Assembly: GCA_963837955.1 (NCBI GenBank)
Contig: CAWIPH010000002.1
Coordinates: 704,001 to 768,000 of the forward strand
Direction of reading: 5' to 3'
Origin: an uncultured Verrucomicrobiae bacterium
GTDB taxonomy: Bacteria > Verrucomicrobiota > Verrucomicrobiia > Chthoniobacterales > JAFAMB01
Length of the DNA: 64,000 nucleotides
Of this stretch, positions 19,729 through 29,081 are shown piece after piece. Position 1 is the stretch's first letter; each line of letters opens with the position of its first letter. Made by a program: the position numbers and the translations under genes. The notes beneath the pieces are model-generated. The model was given only the letters and a program-made list of their open reading frames with translations, ran no database searches and was not told the DNA's origin.

Positions 19729-21594
19729 TTACTGGGTGGAGGAGGAAGCATCGGCTGTCTGCGCTTCGACTGGCCCGACCGAAGTTTTGGCCGGTTCCTC
19801 ACCTGAATAGAGTGCCTCGACTTCTGCAGTATACTTTTGCAGAGTAATTTTCCGCCTGATTTTGAGGGTGGGGGTCAGTTCGCCCGTGGCGATCGTCCAT
19901 TCCTCTGGCAACAGGGCGAATTTCTTGATTTGGCTGTAGCGTCCAAAATGTTGGTTACAGCGTTCAATTTCGGCCGCAAATAGTGCGTTTACCTGAGGAT
20001 CCTTCAGAAGTTCCGCCCGCGGCTGTTGCTGCAATCCTTTCGACTCGAGCCATGATTTCAAGGCCTCGAGTTCCGGCACAATCAGTGCCGACGGGAATTT
20101 CCGATTCTCTCCAATGACCATACATTGTGAGACAAATTTTGACTCTTTCAGCCTGTTTTCGATCTGTTGCGGGGCGATGTACTTGCCGCCAGAAGTCTTG
20201 AAGATTTCTTTTTTCCGGTCCGTGATCTTTAGAAACGGCCCATCAAATTCGCCGACATCACCCGTGTGCAACCATCCATCGCCATCAACTGTTTCTTTGG
20301 TTAAATCTGGCCGATGATAGTAACCGAGCATCACATTGGGGCCGCGGTAAAGGATTTCGCCGTCCTCTGCAATTTTCACTTCGCCGTCAGGAATCACCGG
20401 TCCTACCGTTCCAACGCGATGCAAATCCGTGTGCGGCTGATTGACCGCGATGACTGGTGCCGCCTCAGTTGGCCCGTAGCCTTCGTAAATTGGAAGCCCA
20501 GCTGCCCAGAAAAGCCGCGCCAGTCGCGGTTGCAATGCAGCTGATCCAGACATAATCCCGCGAACGTTCCCGCCAACGCTCTCGCGCCATTTCTTAAATA
20601 CCAGTCGATCGGCAAGCAAAAGTTGGACTCGCTGGTGCCATGGCGCTCTCTGGTCTGGGTCGTACTTCAGACCTAGGTTTAGGGCCCAGAAAAATATGGA
20701 GCGTTGGATTCCGGTAAGTTGCTCGCCGCGAGCGAGAATTCTTTCATAAATCTTTTCGACGATGCGAGGCACCGCGCTAAATATCTGCGGCTGCACCTCC
20801 CGAAGATTTTGACCAATTTGATCGAGATTTTCGGCATAGTAGATCGATGTCCCTGAATAAATGTACATGTTCACTACGGTCCGCTCATAGATGTGGCAAA
20901 GAGGCAAAAAGGAGAGAGCGCGATGATGCGGAGTACTACGCAGGATGCTGGCGGCAGCGATACAATTGCTGACCAGGTTGTGGTGCGATAACATCACGCC
21001 TTTAGGCGACCCTGTCGTTCCCGATGTATAGATCAAAACCGCCAAATCATTAGGCTTCACAGCTGCCCGGGCTTGTCCGAGCCGATTTCGCAGGTCTTCG
21101 CGTTCCAAGACTTCCTCTCCGGCAGAGACCAACTCACTCCAAGACTTGGCGCCCGGGACCGCATCAAACACATAAAGCCCTCTGATCGAAGGCACCTGCT
21201 TGATCACAGGTTTGAGGAATTCGTACAATCGATGGCTCGAGCAAAAAATGAGCGAGGCACCTGAGTCTTTCAGGATATAATCTAATTCTTCCGGCGCGAT
21301 ATTCGGATAAATCGGAAGGTGGACAGCGCCCAGACCTAGGACCGCGGCGTCCACGAAATTCCATTCGGGCCGGTTATTGTCGCTGATAGATGCCACCCGA
21401 TCGCCGGACCGCACTCCGAGTAGGTGGAGACCCCACGCTAGCTTGTCGATTATCTCGATGGACTCGTTCGTGGAAAACTTTTTCCAGGCGTTGTCGACTT
21501 TGTAGGCGAAGGCGTCGGTCTTTGGGAAATTCCTTTGTTGGAATGGTAGAAGATCAAACACCCGCGACGGCGAGAAAGGTTCGGCACAGCTCAT
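19729..21594 (-). CDS. fadD: Long-chain fatty acid--CoA ligase
   Basis: YTSGTTGSPKG, FLPLCHIYER, YEGYG, WLHTGD, KTSGGKY and ELTPTLK. Confidence 0.92.
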   Translation of the reverse strand: MSCAEPFSPSRVFDLLPFQQRNFPKTDAFAYKVDNAWKKFSTNESIEIIDKLAWGLHLLGVRSGDRVASISDNNRPEWNFVDAAVLGLGAVHLPIYPNIAPEELDYILKDSGASLIFCSSHRLYEFLKPVIKQVPSIRGLYVFDAVPGAKSWSELVSAGEEVLEREDLRNRLGQARAAVKPNDLAVLIYTSGTTGSPKGVMLSHHNLVSNCIAAASILRSTPHHRALSFLPLCHIYERTVVNMYIYSGTSIYYAENLDQIGQNLREVQPQIFSAVPRIVEKIYERILARGEQLTGIQRSIFFWALNLGLKYDPDQRAPWHQRVQLLLADRLVFKKWRESVGGNVRGIMSGSAALQPRLARLFWAAGLPIYEGYGPTEAAPVIAVNQPHTDLHRVGTVGPVIPDGEVKIAEDGEILYRGPNVMLGYYHRPDLTKETVDGDGWLHTGDVGEFDGPFLKITDRKKEIFKTSGGKYIAPQQIENRLKESKFVSQCMVIGENRKFPSALIVPELEALKSWLESKGLQQQPRAELLKDPQVNALFAAEIERCNQHFGRYSQIKKFALLPEEWTIATGELTPTLKIRRKITLQKYTAEVEALYSGEEPAKTSVGPVEAQTADASSSTQ

Positions 21595-21798
21595 GGGGGG
21601 AGTAACTACGGTCGAGGGAAAAACACGAAATAAAAGCTAACGACGTTTTAAGGCTCCCGCTGTAAAAATCAATCCAAACTCGCCATTGGCAAGAGAATTT
21701 CTGCTTAACAGAAAATAACGTTGTAATTTTAAAGCGAGTGCGCTTCTCTGGGGAAGTTGTTGTTCTTTCCCCCCGAATTCTAAAATCTTCTCACTGAA

Positions 21799-23418
21799 AT
21801 GAAGTTGTTACGAAGTCGATTCTTTATCCATTTTTTTGTAACCGCGATAGTTGCTTTTCTAGGATTAACTGCTGACCTGGCCTGTGCCGGATCTTTCGTT
21901 TTGAGTGAACAGAGCGTGAGCGGGTTGGGTAGCGCTTACGCCGGAGGTGCGGCCCAAGCCGAAGATGCTTCGACCATCTTTTTTAACCCCGCCGGAATCG
22001 CTTTATTGCCGAACGGCCAGTTTCAAGCCGGTATTCACTATGTGCTTCCGGGTGCGACATTTTCGAATCAGGGATCGAGCATTAGTGCGCCCGGCACGCT
22101 GTTTAACGGAACGAAGTTGAGCGGTGGGAATGGCGGCGACGCTGGAGTCGGCCACGTGGTTCCGAACCTTTACCTTTCTCAACCGATTTTTCGCAGCTCG
22201 CAGTACGGTGATTTGGCGGTCGGAATCGGGCTGAGTGCTCCTTTCGGTCTGGAAACCGATTATGATCCTGGCTGGGTAGGTCGCTACTCCGCTTTGCGGA
22301 CGAAGCTGATAACGTTGGATATTCAGCCAAGCATTGCCTATCGGGTTTTTGATAGACTCTCCATCGGGGCAAGTCTCGACATCCAGTACGCTTCGGCGAG
22401 ACTTAGCCAAGCGGTCGATTTTGGCGGGATCGGAGCAAATATATTGGGCAGCCAGTTCTTTCCCGCACTACCGGCTGTCTTTGCGGCCTCCGGCGTTCCT
22501 GCACCTTTCATTCCCGGTTTTGTGAAAGCGACGGAACAGGCTTATGCCAACGCTGGTTTTGTTCCGCAAGGACGCGACGGCATCTCTGAGTTAAACGGTG
22601 ACGGCTGGGACCTTGGCTTCACGATCGGGGCAATCTTTGAATACCTAAAAGGGAACGAAATAGCTTGTCTGCAGGAAGGGCGTATCGGGTTCAGCTATCG
22701 ATCCGGCATCAGTCACACGTTGCGGGGGAGCGCGCAGTTCAGTGGAGTGCCGGTGATCGCCGCTTCCGGAGCATTTACGCCTATACCAGGAGTGACGTTA
22801 CCGATCCCCACCTTTCCCGCTGGAAACGCTCTGCGCAGCGTTTTTTTTGATCAAAGCGCCACGGCCCAGTTAGATCTTCCCGAGCTCTACCATTTTAGTA
22901 TCTATCAACGATTCCTGCACAACTTCGCGATCATGGGGGATATCGAACTCTCGCGCTGGAGTCGCTTGCAGCAAATCACCATCTCGTTCGAGAATCCCGG
23001 CACTCCGACCAATATTCTGAATTTGCAATATAAAGACGCCTACCGGTATGCCGTCGGTCTCGAATGGTATACGACAAAGCAACTAACCCTGCGGACAGGC
23101 TTCGCCTACGATGAGACGCCGATCAAAAGCGCCAGCCTGCGGGATCCGCGAATTCCTGATAACAATCGCTATTTTCTTTCCGCCGGACTGCAATACAAAC
23201 CGCTGCCATACCTCGGCTTCGATGTCGCCTACGCGCATCTCTTCCTCCCAGACCCGCAGGTCGAAACCAACGATGGTCAGGGTCATGTCCTTCGAGGAAA
23301 GTATAACTCCCCCGCGATTGATATCCTAAGCGCCTCGGTGACCTTTTTGTGGGGCGGTCCGGGGGAGACAGGAGGTCCCGAGACTCCTGGGAAGCAGCCG
23401 GTAAGCTTTCGGAAATAG
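21799..23418 (+). CDS. fadL: Outer-membrane long-chain fatty acid transporter (FadL/OmpP1 family)
   Basis: Signal peptide, EQSVSGLGSAYAG, FFNPAG, LRTGFAYD and RIPD; divergent from fadD. Confidence 0.9.
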   Translation: MKLLRSRFFIHFFVTAIVAFLGLTADLACAGSFVLSEQSVSGLGSAYAGGAAQAEDASTIFFNPAGIALLPNGQFQAGIHYVLPGATFSNQGSSISAPGTLFNGTKLSGGNGGDAGVGHVVPNLYLSQPIFRSSQYGDLAVGIGLSAPFGLETDYDPGWVGRYSALRTKLITLDIQPSIAYRVFDRLSIGASLDIQYASARLSQAVDFGGIGANILGSQFFPALPAVFAASGVPAPFIPGFVKATEQAYANAGFVPQGRDGISELNGDGWDLGFTIGAIFEYLKGNEIACLQEGRIGFSYRSGISHTLRGSAQFSGVPVIAASGAFTPIPGVTLPIPTFPAGNALRSVFFDQSATAQLDLPELYHFSIYQRFLHNFAIMGDIELSRWSRLQQITISFENPGTPTNILNLQYKDAYRYAVGLEWYTTKQLTLRTGFAYDETPIKSASLRDPRIPDNNRYFLSAGLQYKPLPYLGFDVAYAHLFLPDPQVETNDGQGHVLRGKYNSPAIDILSASVTFLWGGPGETGGPETPGKQPVSFRK

Positions 23419-23427
23419 GGGGTAGAG

Positions 23428-23453
23428 CGGATGAGCGGGAGCTCGTCCCTACC
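23428..23453 (-). repeat. GTAG-type REP-like palindrome overlapping the pstA stop codon
   Basis: The minus strand reads GGTAGGGACGAGCTCCCGCTCATCCG, a GTAG followed by an imperfect hairpin, between convergent fadL and pstA. Confidence 0.55.
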
Positions 23454-24345
23454 GTTTCCCTCCGCGCTTTGAAAAGACCAGTTGGGCCGTGATGTTAGTG
23501 ATCGTCACCAACACGACTAAAACCAGTGAAGCCGTCCAGGCGAGCTTAATCTGGTGTTCGTACGGCAGCGTAGAAAAGTTATAGATCAGTACCGAGAGAG
23601 AGGCTGTTTCGTCGGTGAGCGACTGAAGCCAATAGTTGCTAAATCGAGCAGTGAACAGGACCGGAGCGGTCTCTCCAGCGGCCCGAGCAACCGCCAACAT
23701 GAGTCCGGTCATGATGGCCGGGAGCGCCTCAGGAAGAATAACCCGAAAGATGGTCTGGAACCTGGTGGCGCCCATGCCGTACGAGGCCTCGCGCAAGGAG
23801 TGCGGAACTCCAAGCAGAGCCTGCTCTGTGGTCAGGAGAATGGTCGGAAGGGTCAGAACGGCTAGGGCCACCCCGCCGGCAATGGCCGAGAAATGACCAG
23901 TTGAAAGCACGACCACCGCGAACGCGAAAACGCCGCAAATGATCGAAGGAACTCCGGTCAAGAGTTTAGCAATGAACCGAACGCCGCTCGCGAGGTGCGA
24001 ACGGCGATTGTATTCACAGATATAGATCGCAGACAAAATGCCGAGTGGTGCTGCCAGCAAAAGACCGATTCCCACCATGACGGCCGTTCCTTGAACCGCG
24101 TTCCCAAATCCGCCGCCCTCTAAACCTGCGGCAGGCGGAAGGTCGGTGAATACGCTTGCGGTCAGCAACGGCAGTCCATTGACGATTACCAGGTAGACGA
24201 TCGAGAACAAGGGAACCAGCGTTAAGAACGAACAGGCAGCACAGAGTATGGTCCAAAACGAATTTCGAAAAAGACGGAAGCGATCCCAGCCTGAGGAAGC
24301 TTTGATCGCCAGAGCGGTCGGCAGAGCGTTGGTTGCGGCACTCAT
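23449..24345 (-). CDS. pstA: Phosphate ABC transporter permease PstA
   Basis: GVPSII, LREASYGMGA and ARAAGETAP; start at ATG 24345. Confidence 0.95.
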   Translation of the reverse strand: MSAATNALPTALAIKASSGWDRFRLFRNSFWTILCAACSFLTLVPLFSIVYLVIVNGLPLLTASVFTDLPPAAGLEGGGFGNAVQGTAVMVGIGLLLAAPLGILSAIYICEYNRRSHLASGVRFIAKLLTGVPSIICGVFAFAVVVLSTGHFSAIAGGVALAVLTLPTILLTTEQALLGVPHSLREASYGMGATRFQTIFRVILPEALPAIMTGLMLAVARAAGETAPVLFTARFSNYWLQSLTDETASLSVLIYNFSTLPYEHQIKLAWTASLVLVVLVTITNITAQLVFSKRGGKR

Positions 24346-24352
24346 AGCGAGA

Positions 24353-25312
24353 TCAACGGGTTCCCGCTGTAGCTTTTTGGGCCCGGCGTAGCACGAGTTC
24401 CCCGGCAATATTCACAAAAAGAGTCAGAAAGACTAGCGAGAGCGCGGCGTACATCAATGCACTCACTTGCATTCCAGATGCTTCGCCGAATTGGTTGGCT
24501 AGCAACCCGGCCAATGTCCCAGCGGGCGAGAGCAATGACAAGGTGAAGCGAGGGCTATTACCGATAAGCATTGCTACAGCCATTGTTTCACCCATCGCTC
24601 GACCAAACGCCAGGATGGTCGCCGCGACCACGCCGGGGGCGGCGGTCGGCAATAAGACCCTAAAAATCGTTTCCCATCGGGTTGCACCCACCGCGTAGGA
24701 TCCTTCCCGCAAAGTCGTCGGGACCGCGACCAGCGCCGTTCGGGAAATCGCTGTGATAGTGGGAAGCACCATGAGTGCGAGGACCAGGCTGGCAGTGAGC
24801 ATACTGTTTCCGGTCGCGGGCGGCTGAAAGAGAGGGAGAAATCCGAGATACTTTGTCAAAAATCCTCCCCAGGATTGAACAATTGGAATGACCACAGCAA
24901 TACCCCAGAGCCCATATACGACGCTTGGAATGGCCGCCAGCAACTCGACCACAAATCGGACTACTTGCCGAATCGCCATCGGCAAAAAATCTTCGCTCAA
25001 AAAGATGGCGATCGCGACGCCGAGCGGAAGCGCAAAGATCAAAGCAATCCCTGAACTGATGGTCGTGCCCGCAAGGAACGGAAAGGCTCCGTAAATGTTC
25101 CGGCTAGGATTCCAGACCATGTTAACAAAGAAATTCAGTCCAGTTGCGGCCATGGCCGGAAATGCCGCCTGCAAAATACTCAGGACGATCCAGACGAGGG
25201 TGATGACTGTTGCCGCAGACGCCACCCAGGTTAGGACAAAGAACAGATCAAACCGAAACCGCCGCGTTCGTAAGTCGATGCGAGATGACGTTTCACCAGC
25301 GGCTTCAGCCAT
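24353..25312 (-). CDS. pstC: Phosphate ABC transporter permease PstC
   Basis: ELLAAIPSVVYGLWG and GRAMGETMAV. Confidence 0.95.
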   Translation of the reverse strand: MAEAAGETSSRIDLRTRRFRFDLFFVLTWVASAATVITLVWIVLSILQAAFPAMAATGLNFFVNMVWNPSRNIYGAFPFLAGTTISSGIALIFALPLGVAIAIFLSEDFLPMAIRQVVRFVVELLAAIPSVVYGLWGIAVVIPIVQSWGGFLTKYLGFLPLFQPPATGNSMLTASLVLALMVLPTITAISRTALVAVPTTLREGSYAVGATRWETIFRVLLPTAAPGVVAATILAFGRAMGETMAVAMLIGNSPRFTLSLLSPAGTLAGLLANQFGEASGMQVSALMYAALSLVFLTLFVNIAGELVLRRAQKATAGTR

Positions 25313-25339
25313 AAATAATTGGTTCCCTGTGATGGCAGG

Positions 25340-26356
25340 TTATTCCACCGACTTTAGCGCCGCTTGGGATTTGTCGACAATATCTTTTGGCAGAGGAATG
25401 TAACCAAGGTCAGTCGCAAATTTTTGGCCATCGGAAAGGCCGTAGGTGATGAATTTCTGGAGGGCGTCGAGTTGCTCTTTTTTGTCGTATTTCTTGTAGA
25501 GCAGAAGCCAGGTGAACGTCGCGATCGGGTAGGCATCCTTAGCGTCCGGATCGCTCGGCCAAGCCCGCAGAAGGTCAGCTGGAAACTGCGTGGTATTCAA
25601 TGTGGCTGCACCGGATTCAGTAGTGGCTGCGACGAAGGCTCCTGATTTGTTCTCGAGCTGCGCGAAGCTCAATTTATTGTTTTTAGCGTAACCGTATTCG
25701 ACGTATCCGACGGCGCCGGCGGTTCCCTTGATCAATGCAGTAACGCCATCGTTACCTTTCCCGGCAACACCGGTCGGCCAGGTAACCGTCGTGCCTTCTC
25801 CGACTTGACTCTTGAAGTCGGGGCTAATGACGCTGAGGTGTTTCGTGAAGACGAAAGTCGTACCACTCCCGTCGGAGCGCTCACAGGCCGTGATTGCTGT
25901 GTCCGGAAGTTTTACCCCTTCGTTCGCTTTAGCGATTGTCGGATCGTTCCATTTAGTAATTTTGCCCAGGAAGATCCCGACGTACGCCTCGCGAGAAAGC
26001 TTCAGATTTTCGACGCCGGGCAAATTGTAAGCCAAAACGATGCTACCCGCCGTAGCTGGGATCAGTACGACTCCTTGCTTTACCTTTGCGATCTGCTCGT
26101 CGGTCATCGCCGCGTCGCTGCCCGCGAAATCAACAATCCCTTGGGTAAAGTTGTTGATACCAGTACCGCTACCCACTCCTTGGTAGTTGATCTGGATGTT
26201 CGGGTTTGCCTTGGTGAACTCAGCAATCCAGCGCTGATATAATGGAGCAGGAAAGGTTGCGCCCGCACCGTTCAACTTCGTTTGCGCCGGGGCCGAATAC
26301 ACTGCGGCGGAAGCGGCAACGAGAGATAGGGCGACTCTGAATGAGTTGATTTTCAT
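25340..26356 (-). CDS. pstS: Phosphate-binding protein PstS
   Basis: GAGATFPAP, GSGTG, DFAGSD and RSDGSGTT; N-terminal signal peptide. Confidence 0.96.
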   Translation of the reverse strand: MKINSFRVALSLVAASAAVYSAPAQTKLNGAGATFPAPLYQRWIAEFTKANPNIQINYQGVGSGTGINNFTQGIVDFAGSDAAMTDEQIAKVKQGVVLIPATAGSIVLAYNLPGVENLKLSREAYVGIFLGKITKWNDPTIAKANEGVKLPDTAITACERSDGSGTTFVFTKHLSVISPDFKSQVGEGTTVTWPTGVAGKGNDGVTALIKGTAGAVGYVEYGYAKNNKLSFAQLENKSGAFVAATTESGAATLNTTQFPADLLRAWPSDPDAKDAYPIATFTWLLLYKKYDKKEQLDALQKFITYGLSDGQKFATDLGYIPLPKDIVDKSQAALKSVE

Positions 26357-26413
26357 AAGGAATAGGAGACATCATTCACTTCCCGAAGATTCGAGCTGGG
26401 AGCAAATTTCCGA

Positions 26414-26433
26414 TTGTTACAATCCTGTAACAG
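26414..26433 (-). promoter_or_regulatory. Pho box upstream of pstS
   Basis: The minus strand reads CTGTTAC-AGGA-TTGTAAC-AA: two heptads with an 11-bp period resembling CTGTCAT, about 60 bp upstream of pstS. Confidence 0.7.
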
Positions 26434-26575
26434 TTTGGTGTGGGTGGAACAGGGACTTCATTTCCGAATCAGAGGGTTTAGCAGTCATCAACGCATCTGT
26501 TCCCGGTCGAGGACCGAACTAACCATTGTAGTCTTAAACGGTGAAACCGTGATACTCTGTGGGGAACTTAGTCGT

Positions 26576-27064
26576 ATGAATCGGGTTTTCGTTACGGTGG
26601 GCCTATTGGTACTCTTCCTTGGAGGGTCGGCTCTCTCCTCTGATCTGCTGGACTTAAGCCCAAACCCGACCCTTACCCCGCAGCAGGTCGTCGAATTTCA
26701 ATTGGATGCTTTAAGACACAATGACGAGCCAGCCACCGATGCCGGAATCGAACGCTCTTTTCGTTTCGCTTCGCCATCTAATCGTTTGGTGACAGGCCCG
26801 CTCACTCATTTTTCGGAAATTGTCCACAGCGCTGGTTACTCGGCTTTGCTAGGATCTCAGTCCAGCGAAGTACGAGGAGTGATGGCGCAGGGCAACGAAG
26901 CAAGGGTTTACGTTACCGTGGTCAGCGCCAATGGCTCGCAATGGAATTTTCTGTTTGTCCTTTCTCGACAGACTGAAGGAGATTATCGCGATTGTTGGAT
27001 GACAGACTCGGTGATGAGGTTGCAGTCCGACAACAAGTCAAACGGCGACCAAATCGCCATATAG
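26576..27064 (+). CDS. Secreted DUF4864-like protein
   Basis: Signal peptide from ATG 26576; P-x-L-T-P-x2-V-V-x2-Q-L-x-A-L, FRFASP and CWMTDSV motifs. Confidence 0.65.
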   Translation: MNRVFVTVGLLVLFLGGSALSSDLLDLSPNPTLTPQQVVEFQLDALRHNDEPATDAGIERSFRFASPSNRLVTGPLTHFSEIVHSAGYSALLGSQSSEVRGVMAQGNEARVYVTVVSANGSQWNFLFVLSRQTEGDYRDCWMTDSVMRLQSDNKSNGDQIAI

Positions 27065-27445
27065 CACGACTCGGTCCGTAGTTGAGTGTAGACGGATGCT
27101 CCAGCCTCGGTAACCCGTTGTGATGCGATCTCGCTGTTGATCCCAATGTCTAAGGGCGTGCCCGGGCGAAAAGCCTGGGGCGGCGTGCGTGAACCGGTTT
27201 GAGCTTGCCGTGTCCGGCCGTGCGTCCATGCCGATCGTATCGCGTGAGGGCCAGAATCAACCCAGATCGATCCAGGTGTCCGGGCGTCGTCCTGCCATCC
27301 CGTTTTCGAATTGAAGCTTCCCGCTTTTGGAACAGCCAACGAACCAGACGGGGATACTTGTTAGCGGGATCGCTTGATTTGAAAAATTCTTTCTCTCTCT
27401 GAGAAGCGACTCGATTTCTTCGGAGAGCGCAGACTTAGCCGGGTT

Positions 27446-27461
27446 TGGCATGCGCGATGCC
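27446..27461 (+). promoter_or_regulatory. Sigma54-like -24/-12 promoter
   Basis: TGGCATGCGCGATGCC (GG-N10-GC), upstream of an A-rich leader and the ORF at 27535. Confidence 0.55.
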
Positions 27462-27534
27462 TAGTAAAAAGCTGCAAGAGAAAACAATCAAGACGACTCA
27501 GCGTTAAGGAAACAACCAACGAAAATAAAACAAA

Positions 27535-27807
27535 ATGGAAAATACAATCATACTTATACCGTCTCCGACCCAGATCGTGTTGCATTTTAGGCGTGAACCG
27601 GAAGTGGTTTTACGACCGGCAAAACGACGTGTTCTCGTCCGAGAAGTAACCAGTCTCCGAAAGGTCGAACGCTCGACCCAGTTAGTTGGGATTAACCGAC
27701 AGACCGAGCGGATCTACGGTATGGCTAATCTGGTAGCCGTCTTTGTGATGGCGACTGCTTTGATGGCGGCTTTCGGAATCTGTTTAACTTCGTTTGTCGC
27801 CCAATGA
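27535..27807 (+). CDS. Small hypothetical protein with a C-terminal hydrophobic helix
   Basis: ATG preceded by an A-rich leader and a sigma54-like motif; hydrophobic tail LVAVFVMATALMAAFGICL. Confidence 0.5.
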   Translation: MENTIILIPSPTQIVLHFRREPEVVLRPAKRRVLVREVTSLRKVERSTQLVGINRQTERIYGMANLVAVFVMATALMAAFGICLTSFVAQ

Positions 27808-28323
27808 AGATCACGGTGCAAAACAGATCGAGCGACGACGCTCGAAGTCGCTTGATCAATGCCGGACCGGCGCGCAATTCCTTCGCCATTTTCTCCGAGG
27901 CAGCCTAGCCAGGGCCGACTGCCTCGGGAAAATTGACGAATCCACGACGCCAGATGAGCATCAACTGTCGCCTTTCTCAAGGCTTTGGCGTTCTCTGTTT
28001 CGCCCATTTCACCTCATCTGGAAGGGTTTCTTTTTTAGCGTTTGGACCAGTCGATTCGGTCACCGGATTTTCAATCACCCTATCGACGTTTGCATCGATT
28101 TCGCTAAACCGGCCCGTGACGTTTCCTTCCTGATTGAAGAATGCCTGATCTGCCCTTTTCTATTTCTTCTCGGTCCTCGCTCGACGAGGGTACAGAATCT
28201 TGCACAGACTAGGTTCGCGAGCGATGGGGGGGTCGGCTTTGGCAATTTCAACGCTGCAATTTTTGCAGCGGTAAATCTTAAATTTAATAGTTCTGAGCAT
28301 TCAATTGGAGTGACCTTTCGTGC

Positions 28324-29067
28324 TTGGCTTCGGGGCGGCGACCCAGTAGTTTATTTAAAGTGGCTCGTCGACCGCCAAAGGCTTCCCCTTCGAAGGATGT
28401 AACCTTAGACAAACTGCAGAGCGCTGCAGGCCGTGTGCTAGTCCGCAGCGGATTGCGAGGTGCAACTACGCGAAAAATTGCAGCGGAAGCTGGATTAAGC
28501 GAGATGACGTTGTTTCGGCGGTTTGGCACCAAAGAGAGGTTACTCGCTGCGGTTATGGACCAGCTGCTTTTGGAGGAGAGTCGAACTGCTCGTGCGCCGG
28601 TCGCGCGAAACCTGAGAGGTGATTTGCGTACGCAGTTACTTGAGTGCGCGAAGGCGCAGGTCACTTTTATCAATCGGAACTTGCCGTTAATTCGCATCTT
28701 CGTCGGCGAGCCGGAACATTTCGGGGAGGAGGAGCGAAATATCCTCCGTGAGGTTTTTGCGCCGATGCGCAAGGAGGTGCGTCAAATCCTTGCGCGCTCA
28801 TCACTAGCTGCGGCTGAAGTTGACCTCGTTGTCCATCTGTTGGCGGCAATCATTTTTGTCCATGTTCTTCGGGTCAGCCGTTCCGAGCGATCGCCTTATT
28901 CCGCCCACCAATATATTTCTACCGCTGTCGATATGGTAATGGCTTTCCTGAATCAAAGAAAAGCCATCAAACATCGGTTGCGAAGACCTGCTGCTTCGCA
29001 CCGGAAGAGCAAGGTTACTCGCAAAGCGCGTCGAAAGCAGACTATGCATGCGCGATCGGCCAGGTGA
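28324..29067 (+). CDS. TetR/AcrR family transcriptional regulator
   Basis: HTH ATTRKIAAEAGLSEMTLFRRFGTKERL; basic C-terminal tail; start uncertain. Confidence 0.85.
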   Translation: MASGRRPSSLFKVARRPPKASPSKDVTLDKLQSAAGRVLVRSGLRGATTRKIAAEAGLSEMTLFRRFGTKERLLAAVMDQLLLEESRTARAPVARNLRGDLRTQLLECAKAQVTFINRNLPLIRIFVGEPEHFGEEERNILREVFAPMRKEVRQILARSSLAAAEVDLVVHLLAAIIFVHVLRVSRSERSPYSAHQYISTAVDMVMAFLNQRKAIKHRLRRPAASHRKSKVTRKARRKQTMHARSAR

Positions 29068-29081
29068 GGGACATCCATCAT

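Noticed and set aside
21687..21705. Sigma54 promoter for fadL (TGGCAAGAG...TGC)
   Set aside because: GG-to-GC spacing is 13 rather than the required 10.
27794..28402. 202-aa ORF and overlapping antisense ORFs
   Set aside because: No recognisable domain, atypical composition and overlap with the TetR start; cannot be supported.
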